Part shown: positions 24,996 to 35,512 of the stretch, in pieces
Position numbering within the stretch: position 1 is the first letter of the stretch
How the letters are laid out: each line of letters begins with the position of its first letter
NCBI GenBank assembly: GCA_031460455.1
Contig: JAVKTQ010000016.1
Location: 3,429 to 67,428, forward strand
Origin: Sporomusaceae bacterium
Lineage (GTDB): Bacteria > Bacillota > Negativicutes > Sporomusales > UBA7701
Direction: 5' to 3'
DNA: 64,000 bases
The notes under the pieces: model-generated
Database searches by the model: none
Told to the model about the DNA's origin: nothing
What the model saw: only the letters and a program-made list of their open reading frames with translations
Program-made: the position numbers and the translations under genes

Positions 24996-27263
24996 TCATT
25001 TCACCATGGCGGCGTATACTTTTTCCGGGGTCAGCGGCAGGCGGGTCAGCCATGCCCCGATGGCGTTGCGGACAGCGTGGACGATGGCCGGCGCCGGCGT
25101 GTTGTTGACGACCTCGCCGATGGATTTGGCGCCGAACGGCCCGGTTGGTTCGTAGCTTTCCTCGAAGAATACCCGGACGGTGCCGATATCCTTGCGGCTC
25201 GGTATTTTGTAGGTCATGAAGGAATTGGTCTGCAGGGCGCCGCGCTCGTCGTACTTGACGTCTTCGTAGAGGGCGAGGCCGATACCCTGCACCAGGCCTC
25301 CCTCGGCCTGGATCCGCGCGAGGTTGGGATTGACGACGGTGCCGCAGTCGATGACCGCGATGTAGTCGAGCAGCTCGACTTTGCCGGTTTCTTTGTCGAT
25401 CTCGACTTCGGCGAAGCCGGCTACGAAGGGTGGCGGCGATACCGGGCTGCCGTGGCTGGCGTAGCCGGACAGCTGCCGACGGTCGGGGCCGACGACCGAG
25501 CGCTGGGCGAGCTCGGCTAGGGTGATGGTGGCGCCGGCGGGACCGGTGAGAATGGAGCCGTCGAAGGTCACCTCTGCCGGTGCGGCGTTCATAAGGGCGG
25601 CGGCGGCGACGATTATCTTTTCCCTTAGCTCACCGGCGGCCTTGACGACGGCCATGCCGGTGACATAGGCGGTGCTGGAGGCGTAGGAGCCGGTGTCGAA
25701 CGGCGATACGTCGGTGTCGGCGGCGTGGACGATGATGGTGTCCATAGACGTTTCAAGCACTTCGGCCGCCATCTGGGCGAGGATGGTGTCGCTGCCTGTA
25801 CCCATGTCGGTCGAGCCGAGGAGGAGGGTGTAGTTGCCGTCGTCATTAAGGCGCACCTCGGCCGAGGCGGTGTCGATGCCGGCGATGCCCGAGCCCTGCA
25901 TGGTGACCGCCATGCCGACGGCGCGCACCTTGCCGCCGAGGTCGCGGCGGGGGTACTTGTCCAGCCAGCCGATGAGCTCGCGGCCGCGTTCGATGCACCT
26001 GTCAAGCGACGAGCTGCCGAGGATGCGGTTGTGGTAGATGTCGATCTCGCCGGCTCTGATGATGTTTTTGCGCCTGAGCTCGCACGGGTCGATGCCGAGG
26101 GCGTCGGCGAGTTTGTTGACCGCCGATTCGACGGCGAAGCAACCCTGGGTGGCGCCGTAGCCGCGCATCGCCCCGGCCGGGAGCTTGTTGGTATAGACGG
26201 CGTGGCCGGCGTAGCGGACGGCGCGTGCCTTGTTGTAGAGCGGCAGGCTCTTTTCGCCGGCGACGGAGAAGACGGTGGGGGCGTGCTCGCCGTAGGCGCC
26301 GGTGTCGGACAGGCACTGTACGTCGATGGCGCGGATGAGGCCGCCGCGGTCCGCGCCCAGGCGCACCTTGAGGCGCATGGCGTGGCGGCTGTTTGTGGCG
26401 GTGAAGGTTTCCTTGCGCTCATAGACGATCTTGGCCGGCCGGCCGGTGCGAAGGGTGACGATGGCCGCGAATATCTCGACAACCGCGGTCTGTTTGCCGC
26501 CGAAGCCGCCGCCGATGCGGGGCTTTATCACCCTTATGCGGCTGGCGGGCAGCTCAAGGGCGCGGGCGAGGTGCCGCCGCACGTGGAAGGGTATCTGGGT
26601 CGAGCTGACGACCACAAGGCGGCCGGCGTGGTCGAGATAGCTGAAGGCCCGGTAGGTTTCCATCATCGCCTGGGCCTGGGCCTGGGTGTAGTAGGTTTCC
26701 TCGACGACAACGTCGCTGGCGGCCAGTTCGGCGGCGATGTCGCCTACCTCGACTTTGTGGGTGGCGGCGATGTTGCGCAGCCGGTCGTGGCCGATATCGA
26801 AGTTGCAGTGGAGGTCGGTTTCGGGGTGGACGACCGAGGGATGGCCGATGGCCTGCTCGAAGTCGAGCACCGGCGTCAGCACTTCGTAGTCGACCTTGAT
26901 GAGCTCCAGCGCCCTTTGGGCCGTGCGCTCGTCGACGGCGGCGACGATGGCGACTTCGTCGCCGACGTAGCGGACGAGATCCTCGAGGATGAGCCGGTCG
27001 TAGGGGGACGGCTCGGGGTAGGTCTGGCCGGCGAGGGTGAACCTCACCTTGGGTACGTCTTTGTGGGTGAGGACGCATGCCACACCCTCGACGCCTTCGG
27101 CGACGGCGGTGTCGATGGCCTTTATGCGGGCGGAGGCGTGAGGGCTGTGGAGAATTTTGACCACCAGGGCGTTGGCGGGGGCAAGGTCTTCGGTGTAGAG
27201 GGGCTTGCCGGTGGCGATGGCCAGCCCGTCGATCTTGGGGACGCCTTTGCCGACGAGCTTCAT
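24996..27263 (-). CDS. Xanthine dehydrogenase family molybdopterin-binding subunit (XdhD-like)
   Basis: GGGFGGKQ, MRGYGATQG, GTVVNPNLARIQAEGG, GAKSIGE. ATG 27263 with ATGA overlap. Confidence 0.96.
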   Translation of the reverse strand: MKLVGKGVPKIDGLAIATGKPLYTEDLAPANALVVKILHSPHASARIKAIDTAVAEGVEGVACVLTHKDVPKVRFTLAGQTYPEPSPYDRLILEDLVRYVGDEVAIVAAVDERTAQRALELIKVDYEVLTPVLDFEQAIGHPSVVHPETDLHCNFDIGHDRLRNIAATHKVEVGDIAAELAASDVVVEETYYTQAQAQAMMETYRAFSYLDHAGRLVVVSSTQIPFHVRRHLARALELPASRIRVIKPRIGGGFGGKQTAVVEIFAAIVTLRTGRPAKIVYERKETFTATNSRHAMRLKVRLGADRGGLIRAIDVQCLSDTGAYGEHAPTVFSVAGEKSLPLYNKARAVRYAGHAVYTNKLPAGAMRGYGATQGCFAVESAVNKLADALGIDPCELRRKNIIRAGEIDIYHNRILGSSSLDRCIERGRELIGWLDKYPRRDLGGKVRAVGMAVTMQGSGIAGIDTASAEVRLNDDGNYTLLLGSTDMGTGSDTILAQMAAEVLETSMDTIIVHAADTDVSPFDTGSYASSTAYVTGMAVVKAAGELREKIIVAAAALMNAAPAEVTFDGSILTGPAGATITLAELAQRSVVGPDRRQLSGYASHGSPVSPPPFVAGFAEVEIDKETGKVELLDYIAVIDCGTVVNPNLARIQAEGGLVQGIGLALYEDVKYDERGALQTNSFMTYKIPSRKDIGTVRVFFEESYEPTGPFGAKSIGEVVNNTPAPAIVHAVRNAIGAWLTRLPLTPEKVYAAMVK

Positions 27264-27712
27264 GAACGCACCTCCAGGAACTTTTTGACCGCCCGCAGTT
27301 GGCCCATATAGCCGGTGCAGCGGCAGAGGTTGCCGGTGAGGTAATGGGTTATCGCCTCGTCGGTGGGGTCGGCGAGCTCGCGTTTCATCGCCAGTACGGT
27401 CATGATGAAGCCGGGGCTGCAGAAGCCGCATTGCTCGCCGCCCTCGGCGACGAGCAGGCGGGCGAACGCCTCCGCTTCGCCGGCGACGCCTTCGATGGTG
27501 GTGATGTCGTGGCCGTCCATGCGCGCCGACAGGGTGGCGCAGGATAGGGTCGGCTTGCCGTCGATCCACACGGTGCAGAGGCCACAGTTGGTGGTGTCGC
27601 AGCCGCGGCGGATGCTGGCGAAGCCGGCGGCCCGCAGGGTGTCGGCGAGCAGTTCGTCGGCCGCCACCTCAAGGACGGTTTTTTGGCCGTTGATGGTTAC
27701 TTCTATTTTCAT
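27260..27712 (-). CDS. Xanthine dehydrogenase family 2x[2Fe-2S] subunit
   Basis: GCDTTNCGLCTV...C, QCGFCSPG, NLCRCTGY. Confidence 0.97.
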   Translation of the reverse strand: MKIEVTINGQKTVLEVAADELLADTLRAAGFASIRRGCDTTNCGLCTVWIDGKPTLSCATLSARMDGHDITTIEGVAGEAEAFARLLVAEGGEQCGFCSPGFIMTVLAMKRELADPTDEAITHYLTGNLCRCTGYMGQLRAVKKFLEVRS

Positions 27713-28488
27713 GTAAGTACCTCCAGCACGGCGCGTTTTACGAGGACGGCGGCCATCGCCCGGCGGTATTCGGCCGACGCCTTGAGGTTGCCGCCGAAGG
27801 CGAGTTCGCCGGCGGCTAGTTCGCCGGCCTCGTCGGCACTGGCCCCGGCAGCGAGGGCGGCGGCGGCCGCGGGAGCGAGCTGAGCCCTGGCCGGCCTGGC
27901 CCCGACCGCGACCGTCCAGCGGTCGCCGCGGCGGGCTACGGCGGCGTTGACGACCGGGAAGTCGCTGGCCGAGTTACGCAGGCTCTGGTAGGCGGCGGCA
28001 CGGCCGTCTTTGCGTATGTATATCCGGGTCAGGATATCCCTGGCGTAGGGCTTGTCCAAAAAAGCCGCGAGCGGCATCCGGCCGCCGCCGTGCAGCTCGA
28101 CATCCGTGTCGAGCGCCAGGAGGGCGGCGATGAGGTCGGAGAAGCCGTATTTCGAGTAGACGGAGGCGCCGACGGTGACGAGGTTGCGGAACTGGACGCC
28201 GAGGACGTTGCCCACCGCCCGGGGCAGCATGCCGCGGAAGTTTTCCCGGCAGGCAGGGTGGGTTTCCAGCGCGCGGAAGGTCGCCATCGCCCCCAGTTCG
28301 ATGCAGCCGTCCGCCTCGCGGACGTAGTCGAGGCCGAGCAGCGACAGGTCGACGGCGGTAGCGATTTTCTTGCTGCCCATCCGCAGGAAGGCGCAGCCGC
28401 CCAACAGCGTGTTGTCCGGGTGGGCCGTGAGCGCCCTGTAGGCCTCATCCAACGTCTGCGGCCGAACGAGTTCTCTGATTGTAAACAT
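27709..28488 (-). CDS. Xanthine dehydrogenase family FAD-binding subunit
   Basis: RPQTLDEA, LGGCAFL, FRNLVTVG, ASAEYR; ATG 28488. Confidence 0.94.
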   Translation of the reverse strand: MFTIRELVRPQTLDEAYRALTAHPDNTLLGGCAFLRMGSKKIATAVDLSLLGLDYVREADGCIELGAMATFRALETHPACRENFRGMLPRAVGNVLGVQFRNLVTVGASVYSKYGFSDLIAALLALDTDVELHGGGRMPLAAFLDKPYARDILTRIYIRKDGRAAAYQSLRNSASDFPVVNAAVARRGDRWTVAVGARPARAQLAPAAAAALAAGASADEAGELAAGELAFGGNLKASAEYRRAMAAVLVKRAVLEVLT

Positions 28489-28505
28489 TGTGTCCCCCCT
28501 CCCAT

Positions 28506-28562
28506 AAAAAGAAAAACCGGCGCCGGATTTCGCTTTTCCCGATGAGCAAAAATCCCCGCCGG
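28506..28562 (-). terminator. Riboswitch expression-platform terminator
   Basis: CCGGCG/CGCCGG, GGAUU/AAUCC and UUGCU/AGCGA stem followed by UUUUUCUUUUU. Confidence 0.7.
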
Positions 28563-28586
28563 GGTCTGGCCCCCCGATGGCTTTTT

Positions 28587-28655
28587 CACTCGTAGCCGGC
28601 AATTTACGGTTGCCTGTAGAAACTTCCGGGCCGTATCCCCAAAATTATACGAGAG
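28587..28655 (-). ncRNA. Purine (guanine-type, C74) riboswitch
   Basis: CUCGUAUAA...GAUACGG...AGUUUCUAC...CCGUAAA...GGCUACGAG, with P1/P2/P3 and kissing loops in consensus positions. Confidence 0.93.
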
Positions 28656-28764
28656 TATTTAGTTGCGCTTTTATTTTACCTTTGACGACAAATAGTGTCA
28701 ACGAGGGGAACGGGACGCCCCGCTCCCGCGGCGAAAATAAAAAACAGGCTGCCGCCTGTTTTTC

Positions 28765-28956
28765 CTAGCGCATATATATGCCGGCGCGTCGCCAGAGGAT
28801 GCCGACGGTCGTCTTGCCGTCCTCCTCCTTGATGGCCCGCTGCATTTCGCCGGCGATTTCCTCGTAGTCGTGGGTCCAGGCCCAGGTGGAGAGGATCGCC
28901 ACGAAAACGGCTACCGCTCCGGGAAGTAAGACCATGGACATTATGCTGTCTTCCAT
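28765..28956 (-). CDS. Small single-TM hypothetical protein
   Basis: AAGGAAGGA RBS, upstream TATAAT, one TM segment. Confidence 0.5.
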   Translation of the reverse strand: MEDSIMSMVLLPGAVAVFVAILSTWAWTHDYEEIAGEMQRAIKEEDGKTTVGILWRRAGIYMR

Positions 28957-29224
28957 TGCTGCCAATTCCTTCCTTGATAATTATTATTAATTATACTTCG
29001 CTCCCGGCTGCTGGAAAAGATGGTCATTATGCCGTAATACGTCGTAATACCGCGAATTATACGCATAATTCCCCAATGCATGCCGCCACGGTCCGGAACA
29101 GCCCGTAAAGCGGGGCGGCAAGCCGGACGGCGGTTTATAGCGGGTCGGCGGCAATTAAACTGAAAATAGAATCTTTTCCCGGTCGCTTTCCTGACACAAA
29201 ACAAAGCCCCCGAAGGGGCTTTGT

Positions 29225-31396
29225 TCAGGCTAATTTCCGCATCAGCCGCATGCCGTTGAGGGTAACGAGCAGCGACGCCCCAGTGTCGGCAAAGACAGCC
29301 AGCCACAAGTTGGCGAAGCCGGCGAAGGTCAGGGCGACGAAGACCGCTTTGACGGCGACGGCGAAGACGATGTTCTCCTTGATGACCGTAAGTGTTTTGC
29401 GGCTGAGCCGGATGACGTACGCCAGCTTGCCGAGATCGTCGGCCATGAGGGCGATGTCGGCCGTCTCCAGGGCGGCGTCCGAGCCGGCAACCCCCATAGC
29501 GACGCCGACATCGGCGGCCGCCAGAGCCGGGGCGTCGTTGACGCCGTCTCCCACCATCGCCACGCCGCCGTAGCGGCCGGCAAGGTCTTTTACGGCCTTT
29601 ACTTTGTCGGCGGGCATGAGATCGCTGTAGACGCCGTCGAGTTTGAGGCGGGCAGCGATGGCTTCGGCCGTCCGGCGGTTGTCGCCGGTGAGCATGGCCA
29701 CATGACCGACGCCGGCCCGGCGCAGCGCGGCGACGGCGGCGGCGCTGTCGCCGCGCAGCGTGTCGGCGACAGCGACTACGCCATAGAGCGCATCCGCGGC
29801 GCCGACCAGCATCGCTGTCTTGCCTGCCGCTTCGAGTCCCGAGAGCATTGCCTCGTGTCGGGCAAGATCATGCCCCAGACCAGTGAACAGGCGGGCGCTG
29901 CCGACATAGACGACAGTTCCTTCCACTTCAGCCTGGGCCCCCTGGCCTACCAGGGCCCGAAAAGCTGACGCCGGCTTGAGTTCGAGCCCGGCGGCGGCCG
30001 CAGCGATTGCCCGGGCCATGGGGTGCTCGGACCATTTCTCGACCGACGCGGCCAGGGCGAGCAGCTGGTCGGCGGCAAAGCCGTCGAACGGGATGACGTC
30101 GGTGATCTGGGGCCGGCCGTGGGTAAGTGTGCCGGTTTTATCGAAGGCCACCGCACGGAGGGCGCCCAGCTTCTCCAGGTAGGCGCCGCCCTTGATCAGC
30201 ACGCCCCGCCTGGAGGCGTTGCCGATGGCGGCGACGACCGACACCGGTGTGGAGATGACGAGGGCGCAGGGACAGGAGATGACGAGCAGCACCAGTCCCT
30301 TGTAGAACCAGGGGGCGAAGGGCTGGCCAAATGCCAGCCAGGGCAGAACCATGACGGCGGCGGCGGCTGTCAGCACGGCCGGCGTGTAGTAGCGGGCGAA
30401 TTTATCGACGAACTGCTGGGAGGGCGCGCGCTGGGCCTGGGCCTCCTCGACCAGATGCATGATTTTGGCGAGGGTGGAGTCGGCGGCTGCTTTGGCGACT
30501 TCGACCTCCAGCACGCCATACTGGTTTACGGTGCCGGCGTATACTGTGTCGCCGGCCGCCTTTTCCACCGGCAGCGATTCGCCGGTGAGGGCTGCTTCGT
30601 CGACGGCCGAATGGCCGCTGCGCACGACGCCGTCGAGCGCGACCCTTTCCCCCGGCCTGACGACGATAACGCTGCCGGGAGCGATCGCCGTCACCGCCAG
30701 CCGCTCTTCTGCGCCGCCGGCAAGCACCGTCGCCTCGGACGGGGCCAGCTCCATCAACGCCCGCACCGCCAGGCGGGTCTTGTCGAGCGTGTAGGTCTGG
30801 AGCGTATTGCCGAGAGAGAACAGGAAGGCCACCGTGGCCCCCTCGCTCCACTCGCCGAGGGCCGCCGCGCCGATCACGGCGACAGTCATGAGGAAGTTCA
30901 TGTCGAGTGTCAGCGACTTCAGGCCGGACAGGCCGCTGCGGGCAGCGTGCCAGCCTCCGGCAAGTGCGGCCAGCGCGTAGACAGGCACCGTCCAGGCGGT
31001 GGCGGCATCCAGCAGATCGAGGCTGGCGGCCACTGCCAGCAGCAGCCCGGACGCGAGCGTCGCCAGCGTCCGCGGCTCGCGCCGCCAGCCGGGCACCGGC
31101 TCGGTCGGGGCGTCGGCCCGCCGGGCGCTGTAGCCGGCCTTTTCTACCGCTTTTATTATCGCCTGGTCACTGAGGGTGTGGGCGACCGCCAGTTTGGCGG
31201 TCGCAAAATTCACCGTCGCCTGCCGCACACCGGCCAGGGCGGCGATCCTTTTTTCGAGTTTGGCGGCGCAATCGGCGCAGTCCAGGCCGCCGAGGAGGTA
31301 GACGCTCATCCCCTCCTCCGCCGGGACGGCGCCGGCGGGCGCAACGGCGGCGCCGCAGCCGCCGCAGCCGCAGGCTTTTTCGATCATTTGCCTCAT
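29225..31396 (-). CDS. cadA: P1B-type heavy-metal (Cd/Zn/Pb) translocating ATPase
   Basis: HMA LDCADC, TGES, CPC, DKTGT, SEHP, GDGVND. Confidence 0.97.
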   Translation of the reverse strand: MRQMIEKACGCGGCGAAVAPAGAVPAEEGMSVYLLGGLDCADCAAKLEKRIAALAGVRQATVNFATAKLAVAHTLSDQAIIKAVEKAGYSARRADAPTEPVPGWRREPRTLATLASGLLLAVAASLDLLDAATAWTVPVYALAALAGGWHAARSGLSGLKSLTLDMNFLMTVAVIGAAALGEWSEGATVAFLFSLGNTLQTYTLDKTRLAVRALMELAPSEATVLAGGAEERLAVTAIAPGSVIVVRPGERVALDGVVRSGHSAVDEAALTGESLPVEKAAGDTVYAGTVNQYGVLEVEVAKAAADSTLAKIMHLVEEAQAQRAPSQQFVDKFARYYTPAVLTAAAAVMVLPWLAFGQPFAPWFYKGLVLLVISCPCALVISTPVSVVAAIGNASRRGVLIKGGAYLEKLGALRAVAFDKTGTLTHGRPQITDVIPFDGFAADQLLALAASVEKWSEHPMARAIAAAAAGLELKPASAFRALVGQGAQAEVEGTVVYVGSARLFTGLGHDLARHEAMLSGLEAAGKTAMLVGAADALYGVVAVADTLRGDSAAAVAALRRAGVGHVAMLTGDNRRTAEAIAARLKLDGVYSDLMPADKVKAVKDLAGRYGGVAMVGDGVNDAPALAAADVGVAMGVAGSDAALETADIALMADDLGKLAYVIRLSRKTLTVIKENIVFAVAVKAVFVALTFAGFANLWLAVFADTGASLLVTLNGMRLMRKLA

Positions 31397-31397
31397 C

Positions 31398-31766
31398 CTA
31401 TCTGTGTTTGATGTGTTCGATGCCTTGGGCCATCAGGACGGCGATGTGTTCGTCGTCGAGGGAGTACCAGACCATCCTGCCGTCGCGGCGGTATTTGACG
31501 AGCCTGGCCCCCCGCAAGAGGCGGAGCTGGTGGGAAACGGCCGACTGGCCCATGCCGACGACGGCCGCGATGTCGCACACGCACAGTTCGCGCAGGGACA
31601 GGGCCTGCAGCATCTTGACCCGCGTCGGGTCGCCGAGGATCTTGAATATCTCGGCAAGCTCGCGGGCGTCCGTCTCGGTCAGCGCCTCGGCCCGGGCGGC
31701 GCGGATGACTTCCGGATGCAAACAGAGCTCTTCGCAAACAGCGTTATCGGTATCGTTATCGGGCAC
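31398..31766 (-). CDS. ArsR/SmtB metalloregulator (CadC/ZiaR-like)
   Basis: [26 protein letters not shown], alpha5 DDEH...EH site. Confidence 0.96.
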   Translation of the reverse strand: MPDNDTDNAVCEELCLHPEVIRAARAEALTETDARELAEIFKILGDPTRVKMLQALSLRELCVCDIAAVVGMGQSAVSHQLRLLRGARLVKYRRDGRMVWYSLDDEHIAVLMAQGIEHIKHR

Positions 31767-31784
31767 GGCAATTCACCTCTATAT

Positions 31785-31835
31785 ATGAATAAGTGTTCAT
31801 GTGTCTATATTATCTTGTTTTGTAGCCGACGTCAA
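31785..31835 (-). promoter_or_regulatory. arsR-cadA promoter with SmtB-type operator
   Basis: TTGACG, 17 bp, TAATAT; ATGAA-N6-TTCAT inverted repeat at 31785-31800. Confidence 0.8.
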
Positions 31836-31954
31836 GATTAGACTGCATTGTCGAAAGTAAAGGATTTGCGCAAATTATGTCGAAGAAATTAAAAGTATTG
31901 ACATTATTTTCTATTGGTTCTGGTATTTTACCATGCCGAAGGAGATGATCTTCC

Positions 31955-33670
31955 TTGCAGTTTTTCAAAAACCTCAGCATCGCCAACAAACTTTCCGTTC
32001 TCGTATTTATCGCCGCTTTCTTTGTGGCGACGATCGCCGTCACCGGCTACTTCTTCCTTGCCAAGACCGACGCGGTGATGCAGGATCTGAACAAGAACGA
32101 GCTACGGGCCGTGAAGCTGATCGACGAGACGCAGATCGAGCTCAAGACCGCCCAGGCGATTGTGCTCGAATATCTGCTGGCCAGGGACGTCGATCGCAAG
32201 AAGGCGCTGCTGGCCGACATGAAAACCCGCGGCGAGAAGGTCGACTTCTATCTGCTGGAACTCGACAAGACCAACCTCAGCGAGGATCAGCGCCGCAACC
32301 TGGAGCTGCTCACGTCAATGCTGAACAGCTACCGCAGCGGGCGGGACCAGGTGCTGAAACTGACGGGCGATGGCAAACTGAACGAGGGCATCCTCATATA
32401 TACGTACCAGTACTCCCCTATCCTCGACGGCATCAACAAACAGCTTGGCTATATTTCGGATGAATTCAACGAGAAGGCCCGCGTCGCCCATGAGCAGAGC
32501 TCGCGGGGCGTGGCGGTGGCCAGCATGACGCTGACCGCCATCGGGCTGGCGGCGCTGCTGATCGTCATTGCCCTCGGCCTGACAATCGCCCGCATGGTTG
32601 CAAGGCCACTCAAGCAGGTGGCTGCCGCCGTGAGCGAGATCGCCGCCGGCAATCTCGCCAAGAAGGCGCTCGCCGTGGACTCCCGCGACGAAGCTGGCCA
32701 GGTGGCGCTCGCCATCAATACGATGACCGATAACCTGCGCGGGCTGATGAGGCAAGTGGCCGAGTCGGCCGAACAGTTGGCGGCGTCGAGCGAGCAGCTT
32801 AACGCCAGCGCCGATCAGGCCGCGGTGACGGCCACCCAGGTAGCCCAGTCGATCTCCGATGTCGCCCAGGGTACGGCGACCCAGTTGCGGGCCGTCGAGG
32901 AAAGCTCCGCAGCCGTCGAGCAGATGTCGGCCACCATCCAGCAGGTGACGGCCAACGCCGAGATTGTCGCCGGCACCTCGGCACAGGCCGCCGAAGCCGC
33001 CGGCAATGGCGCCGAGCAGATCGCCACGGCGGTGAGCCAGATCGCCAATATAGAAAAGACGGTCGCCGATTCGGCCCAGATCGTCCAGACGCTGGGCGAC
33101 CGCTCCAAGGAGATTGGCCAGATTGTGGACACCATCTCAAGCATCGCCGGCCAGACCAACCTTCTCGCCCTCAACGCCGCCATCGAGTCGGCCCGTGCCG
33201 GGGAGGCCGGTCGCGGGTTCGCCGTTGTGGCCGAGGAGGTGCGCAAGCTGGCCGAGCAGTCGCAGGAGGCTTCGAAACAGATCGGCGAACTGATAAGCGC
33301 CATCCAGGCCGACACCGACAAGGCGGTCGCTGCGATGGAGAGCGGCAAGCACGAGGTCAAAATCGGCAGCGGGGTGGTCAACAGCGCCGGGCAGGCGTTC
33401 GAACACATCTTCACCCTCGTCAACCAGGCATCCACCCAGTCGAAGGATATGTCGCTCGCCATTCGCCAGATGGCCGGCGGTAGCCAGCAGATCGTGGCAT
33501 CGATTAAGGCCATCGATACGGTGAGCAAGACGACGGCGGCCGAAACGCAGACCGTCTCGGCGTCGACCGAGGAACAGTCGGCCACGATGGAGGAGGTCGC
33601 GGCCTCCAGCCAGGGCCTGGCGCAGCTTGCGCAGGGACTGCAGTCCGCGCTGCGCAGATTCACGGTATAA
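31955..33670 (+). CDS. Methyl-accepting chemotaxis protein (4HB sensor, HAMP)
   Basis: 2 TM segments, [42 protein letters not shown]. Confidence 0.97.
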   Translation: MQFFKNLSIANKLSVLVFIAAFFVATIAVTGYFFLAKTDAVMQDLNKNELRAVKLIDETQIELKTAQAIVLEYLLARDVDRKKALLADMKTRGEKVDFYLLELDKTNLSEDQRRNLELLTSMLNSYRSGRDQVLKLTGDGKLNEGILIYTYQYSPILDGINKQLGYISDEFNEKARVAHEQSSRGVAVASMTLTAIGLAALLIVIALGLTIARMVARPLKQVAAAVSEIAAGNLAKKALAVDSRDEAGQVALAINTMTDNLRGLMRQVAESAEQLAASSEQLNASADQAAVTATQVAQSISDVAQGTATQLRAVEESSAAVEQMSATIQQVTANAEIVAGTSAQAAEAAGNGAEQIATAVSQIANIEKTVADSAQIVQTLGDRSKEIGQIVDTISSIAGQTNLLALNAAIESARAGEAGRGFAVVAEEVRKLAEQSQEASKQIGELISAIQADTDKAVAAMESGKHEVKIGSGVVNSAGQAFEHIFTLVNQASTQSKDMSLAIRQMAGGSQQIVASIKAIDTVSKTTAAETQTVSASTEEQSATMEEVAASSQGLAQLAQGLQSALRRFTV

Positions 33671-33685
33671 GATAATGACGTAGGC

Positions 33686-33715
33686 AAAAAGGGGCTGCCA
33701 GACAGCCCCTTTTTT
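33686..33715 (+). terminator. Terminator after the MCP gene
   Basis: AAAAAGGGGCTG-CCAGA-CAGCCCCTTTTT. Confidence 0.85.
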
Positions 33716-33786
33716 GTATTCAGCCTGAATTTGCCACTAATCGCCGTAATGGACGGAGGGCAAAATAGCGCCAAGGAGGTGAGCGC

Positions 33787-33918
33787 ATGGCCAAGTCCAG
33801 CAAATCGGGCTGCTGCGACAGCAGCGCCGACAAGAGCCGTTCCGCGGCGTTATCCGACTTCTCCGCCGAAATATGCCCGTCGTCTCCGTCCAAGAAGAAT
33901 AAGGACAAGTCGAAATAA
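33787..33918 (+). CDS. 43-aa small basic protein MAKSSKSGCCDSSADKSRSAALSDFSAEICPSSPSKKNKDKSK
   Basis: AAGGAGGT RBS, ATG 33787, TAA 33916-18, GC hairpin GGAAGGCCGCGAC/GTCGCGGCCTTCC just downstream; below the ORF-track cutoff. Confidence 0.7.
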   Translation: MAKSSKSGCCDSSADKSRSAALSDFSAEICPSSPSKKNKDKSK

Positions 33919-33996
33919 TACCCGGAAGGCCGCGACGGAGGTCGCGGCCTTCCCTCTTCCGTCTGTGCCGGCGCGGGAATATTTTGCCGTCCGGCG

Positions 33997-34061
33997 TTTA
34001 CAAGCCCGCCCCGGCATAGTATAATACAGTTAGTTAACCGTTTCACCGTATATGGTTAACG
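33997..34061 (+). promoter_or_regulatory. bioB promoter with BirA operator
   Basis: TTTACA, 17 bp, TATAAT (34020-25); AGTTAACC-N14-GGTTAACG at 34032-34061 fits the BirA palindrome. Confidence 0.85.
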
Positions 34062-34119
34062 TTTTTTAATGCCAATATTGTAAACCGTCATAGTGCACAT
34101 AGTTAACAAGGAGGCTGCG

Positions 34120-35118
34120 ATGAGTATCCAACTGATAACCGCCCTGGGTGAGAAGGTGCTGAGCGGCGCGGCGCTGAGCTTTTCCGAGGCGATGGACCTC
34201 ACGCGGGTCGGCGCGGCCGACGTCCCGCTGCTGATGGCGATGGCCAGCAAGGTGCGCGCCGAGTTCTGCGGCGCTGCCGTCGATACCTGCGAGATCGTCA
34301 ACGCCCGCTCCGGCAATTGTTCGGAGGATTGCCGGTTTTGCGCCCAGTCGGCCCACCACCGGGCGGCTATCGCCATCCATCCCCTCCTGGACGAGGCGGC
34401 GCTGCTGGCGGCGGCGAAAACGGCCGAGAGCGACGGCGCGCGGCGTTTCTCGATCGTCACCGCGGGTGCGGGCATGCAGGATGACGACGATTTCCCCCGC
34501 GTGCTGGCGGCGATAAAACGGATCAAACAAGAGACGGGGGTAATCCCCTGCTGTTCGCTGGGAGTGCTCGACGCCAGTCACTTCGCCGCACTGAAGGCGG
34601 CCGGCGTCACCCGCTACCACCACAACCTGGAGACGGCGGAAAGCCACTATCCGGCGATCTGCACCACCCACTCCTGGCAGGAGCGGGTGGACACGGTGAA
34701 GCGGGCCAAGGCGGCCGGGCTGGAGGTGTGCTCGGGGGGCATCATCGGCATGGACGAGAGCTGGCGCCAGCGCGTCGAACTGGCTTTCACCCTCAGGGAG
34801 CTTGATGTCGATTCGGTTCCCGTCAATATACTGAACCCTGTGCCCGGCACCGCCCTTGAGGAGCAGCCGCCGCTGCCGCCACTGGAAATTTTCCGGACAC
34901 TGGCCATTTTCCGCCTCCTCCTCCCTGCCAAGACGATCCGCTACGCCGGCGGCCGGGAGAAAGCGCTCGGCGACCTCGTGCCCCTCGGCCTGCTGGCCGG
35001 CGTCAACGGCATGCTCATCGGCAACTACCTCACGACCGCCGGCCGGGGCGCCGAGCGCGACATCGCCGCCGCCCGCGGCCTCGGACTGAGACCGTTGTCC
35101 TCCTTGGACGCCTGTTAA
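34120..35118 (+). CDS. bioB: Biotin synthase
   Basis: NARSGNCSEDCRFCAQS radical SAM motif, YHHNLET, CSGGIIGM, GNYLTT; AAGGAGG RBS. Confidence 0.97.
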   Translation: MSIQLITALGEKVLSGAALSFSEAMDLTRVGAADVPLLMAMASKVRAEFCGAAVDTCEIVNARSGNCSEDCRFCAQSAHHRAAIAIHPLLDEAALLAAAKTAESDGARRFSIVTAGAGMQDDDDFPRVLAAIKRIKQETGVIPCCSLGVLDASHFAALKAAGVTRYHHNLETAESHYPAICTTHSWQERVDTVKRAKAAGLEVCSGGIIGMDESWRQRVELAFTLRELDVDSVPVNILNPVPGTALEEQPPLPPLEIFRTLAIFRLLLPAKTIRYAGGREKALGDLVPLGLLAGVNGMLIGNYLTTAGRGAERDIAAARGLGLRPLSSLDAC

Positions 35119-35275
35119 TCAGCCTCCGTTTCGCGGTTTTCGCCAACCATCGGGGCGGCGACCGTGCTAATAAACCCGCCTTGGGCGGGTTTTTCTTTTT
35201 GCGAGCCGATAAAGGATTTAGTTGCCGTTACGGTTAAGATAATAGGACTAATACGACGGCAGGAGGCGTTTTCTC

Positions 35276-35512
35276 ATGGGTGAAGGAGATTGCCTTGTAA
35301 TTCCGGGAGTGTACCGCCACTACAAGGGGAATATGTACCGGGTGATAGGCGAGGCCACCCACAGCGAGACGATGGAGCGGCTGGTCGTTTACCAGGCGCT
35401 GTACGGCGAACGCGGCCTGTGGGTGAGGCCGTGGGCGATGTTTTGCGAGACGGTGACCGTGGGCGGCGAGGAGAAAGCGCGTTTCGCTTATGTCGGGGCC
35501 GACGGGGCCTGA
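35276..35512 (+). CDS. DUF1653 domain protein
   Basis: PGVYRHYKG..Y.V...A.HSET.E.LVVYQALYGE..LWVRP..MF. Confidence 0.95.
   Translation: MGEGDCLVIPGVYRHYKGNMYRVIGEATHSETMERLVVYQALYGERGLWVRPWAMFCETVTVGGEEKARFAYVGADGA

Noticed and set aside
24996-28488. Selenocysteine recoding in the Xdh subunits or YqeB
   Set aside because: All ORFs are full length with no in-frame TGA that needs read-through.
29081-29152. GC-rich multi-stem region as a c-di-GMP-I riboswitch
   Set aside because: It lacks the GCAAA, GAAA tetraloop and GACGCAAAG core, and lies upstream of the nearest promoter.
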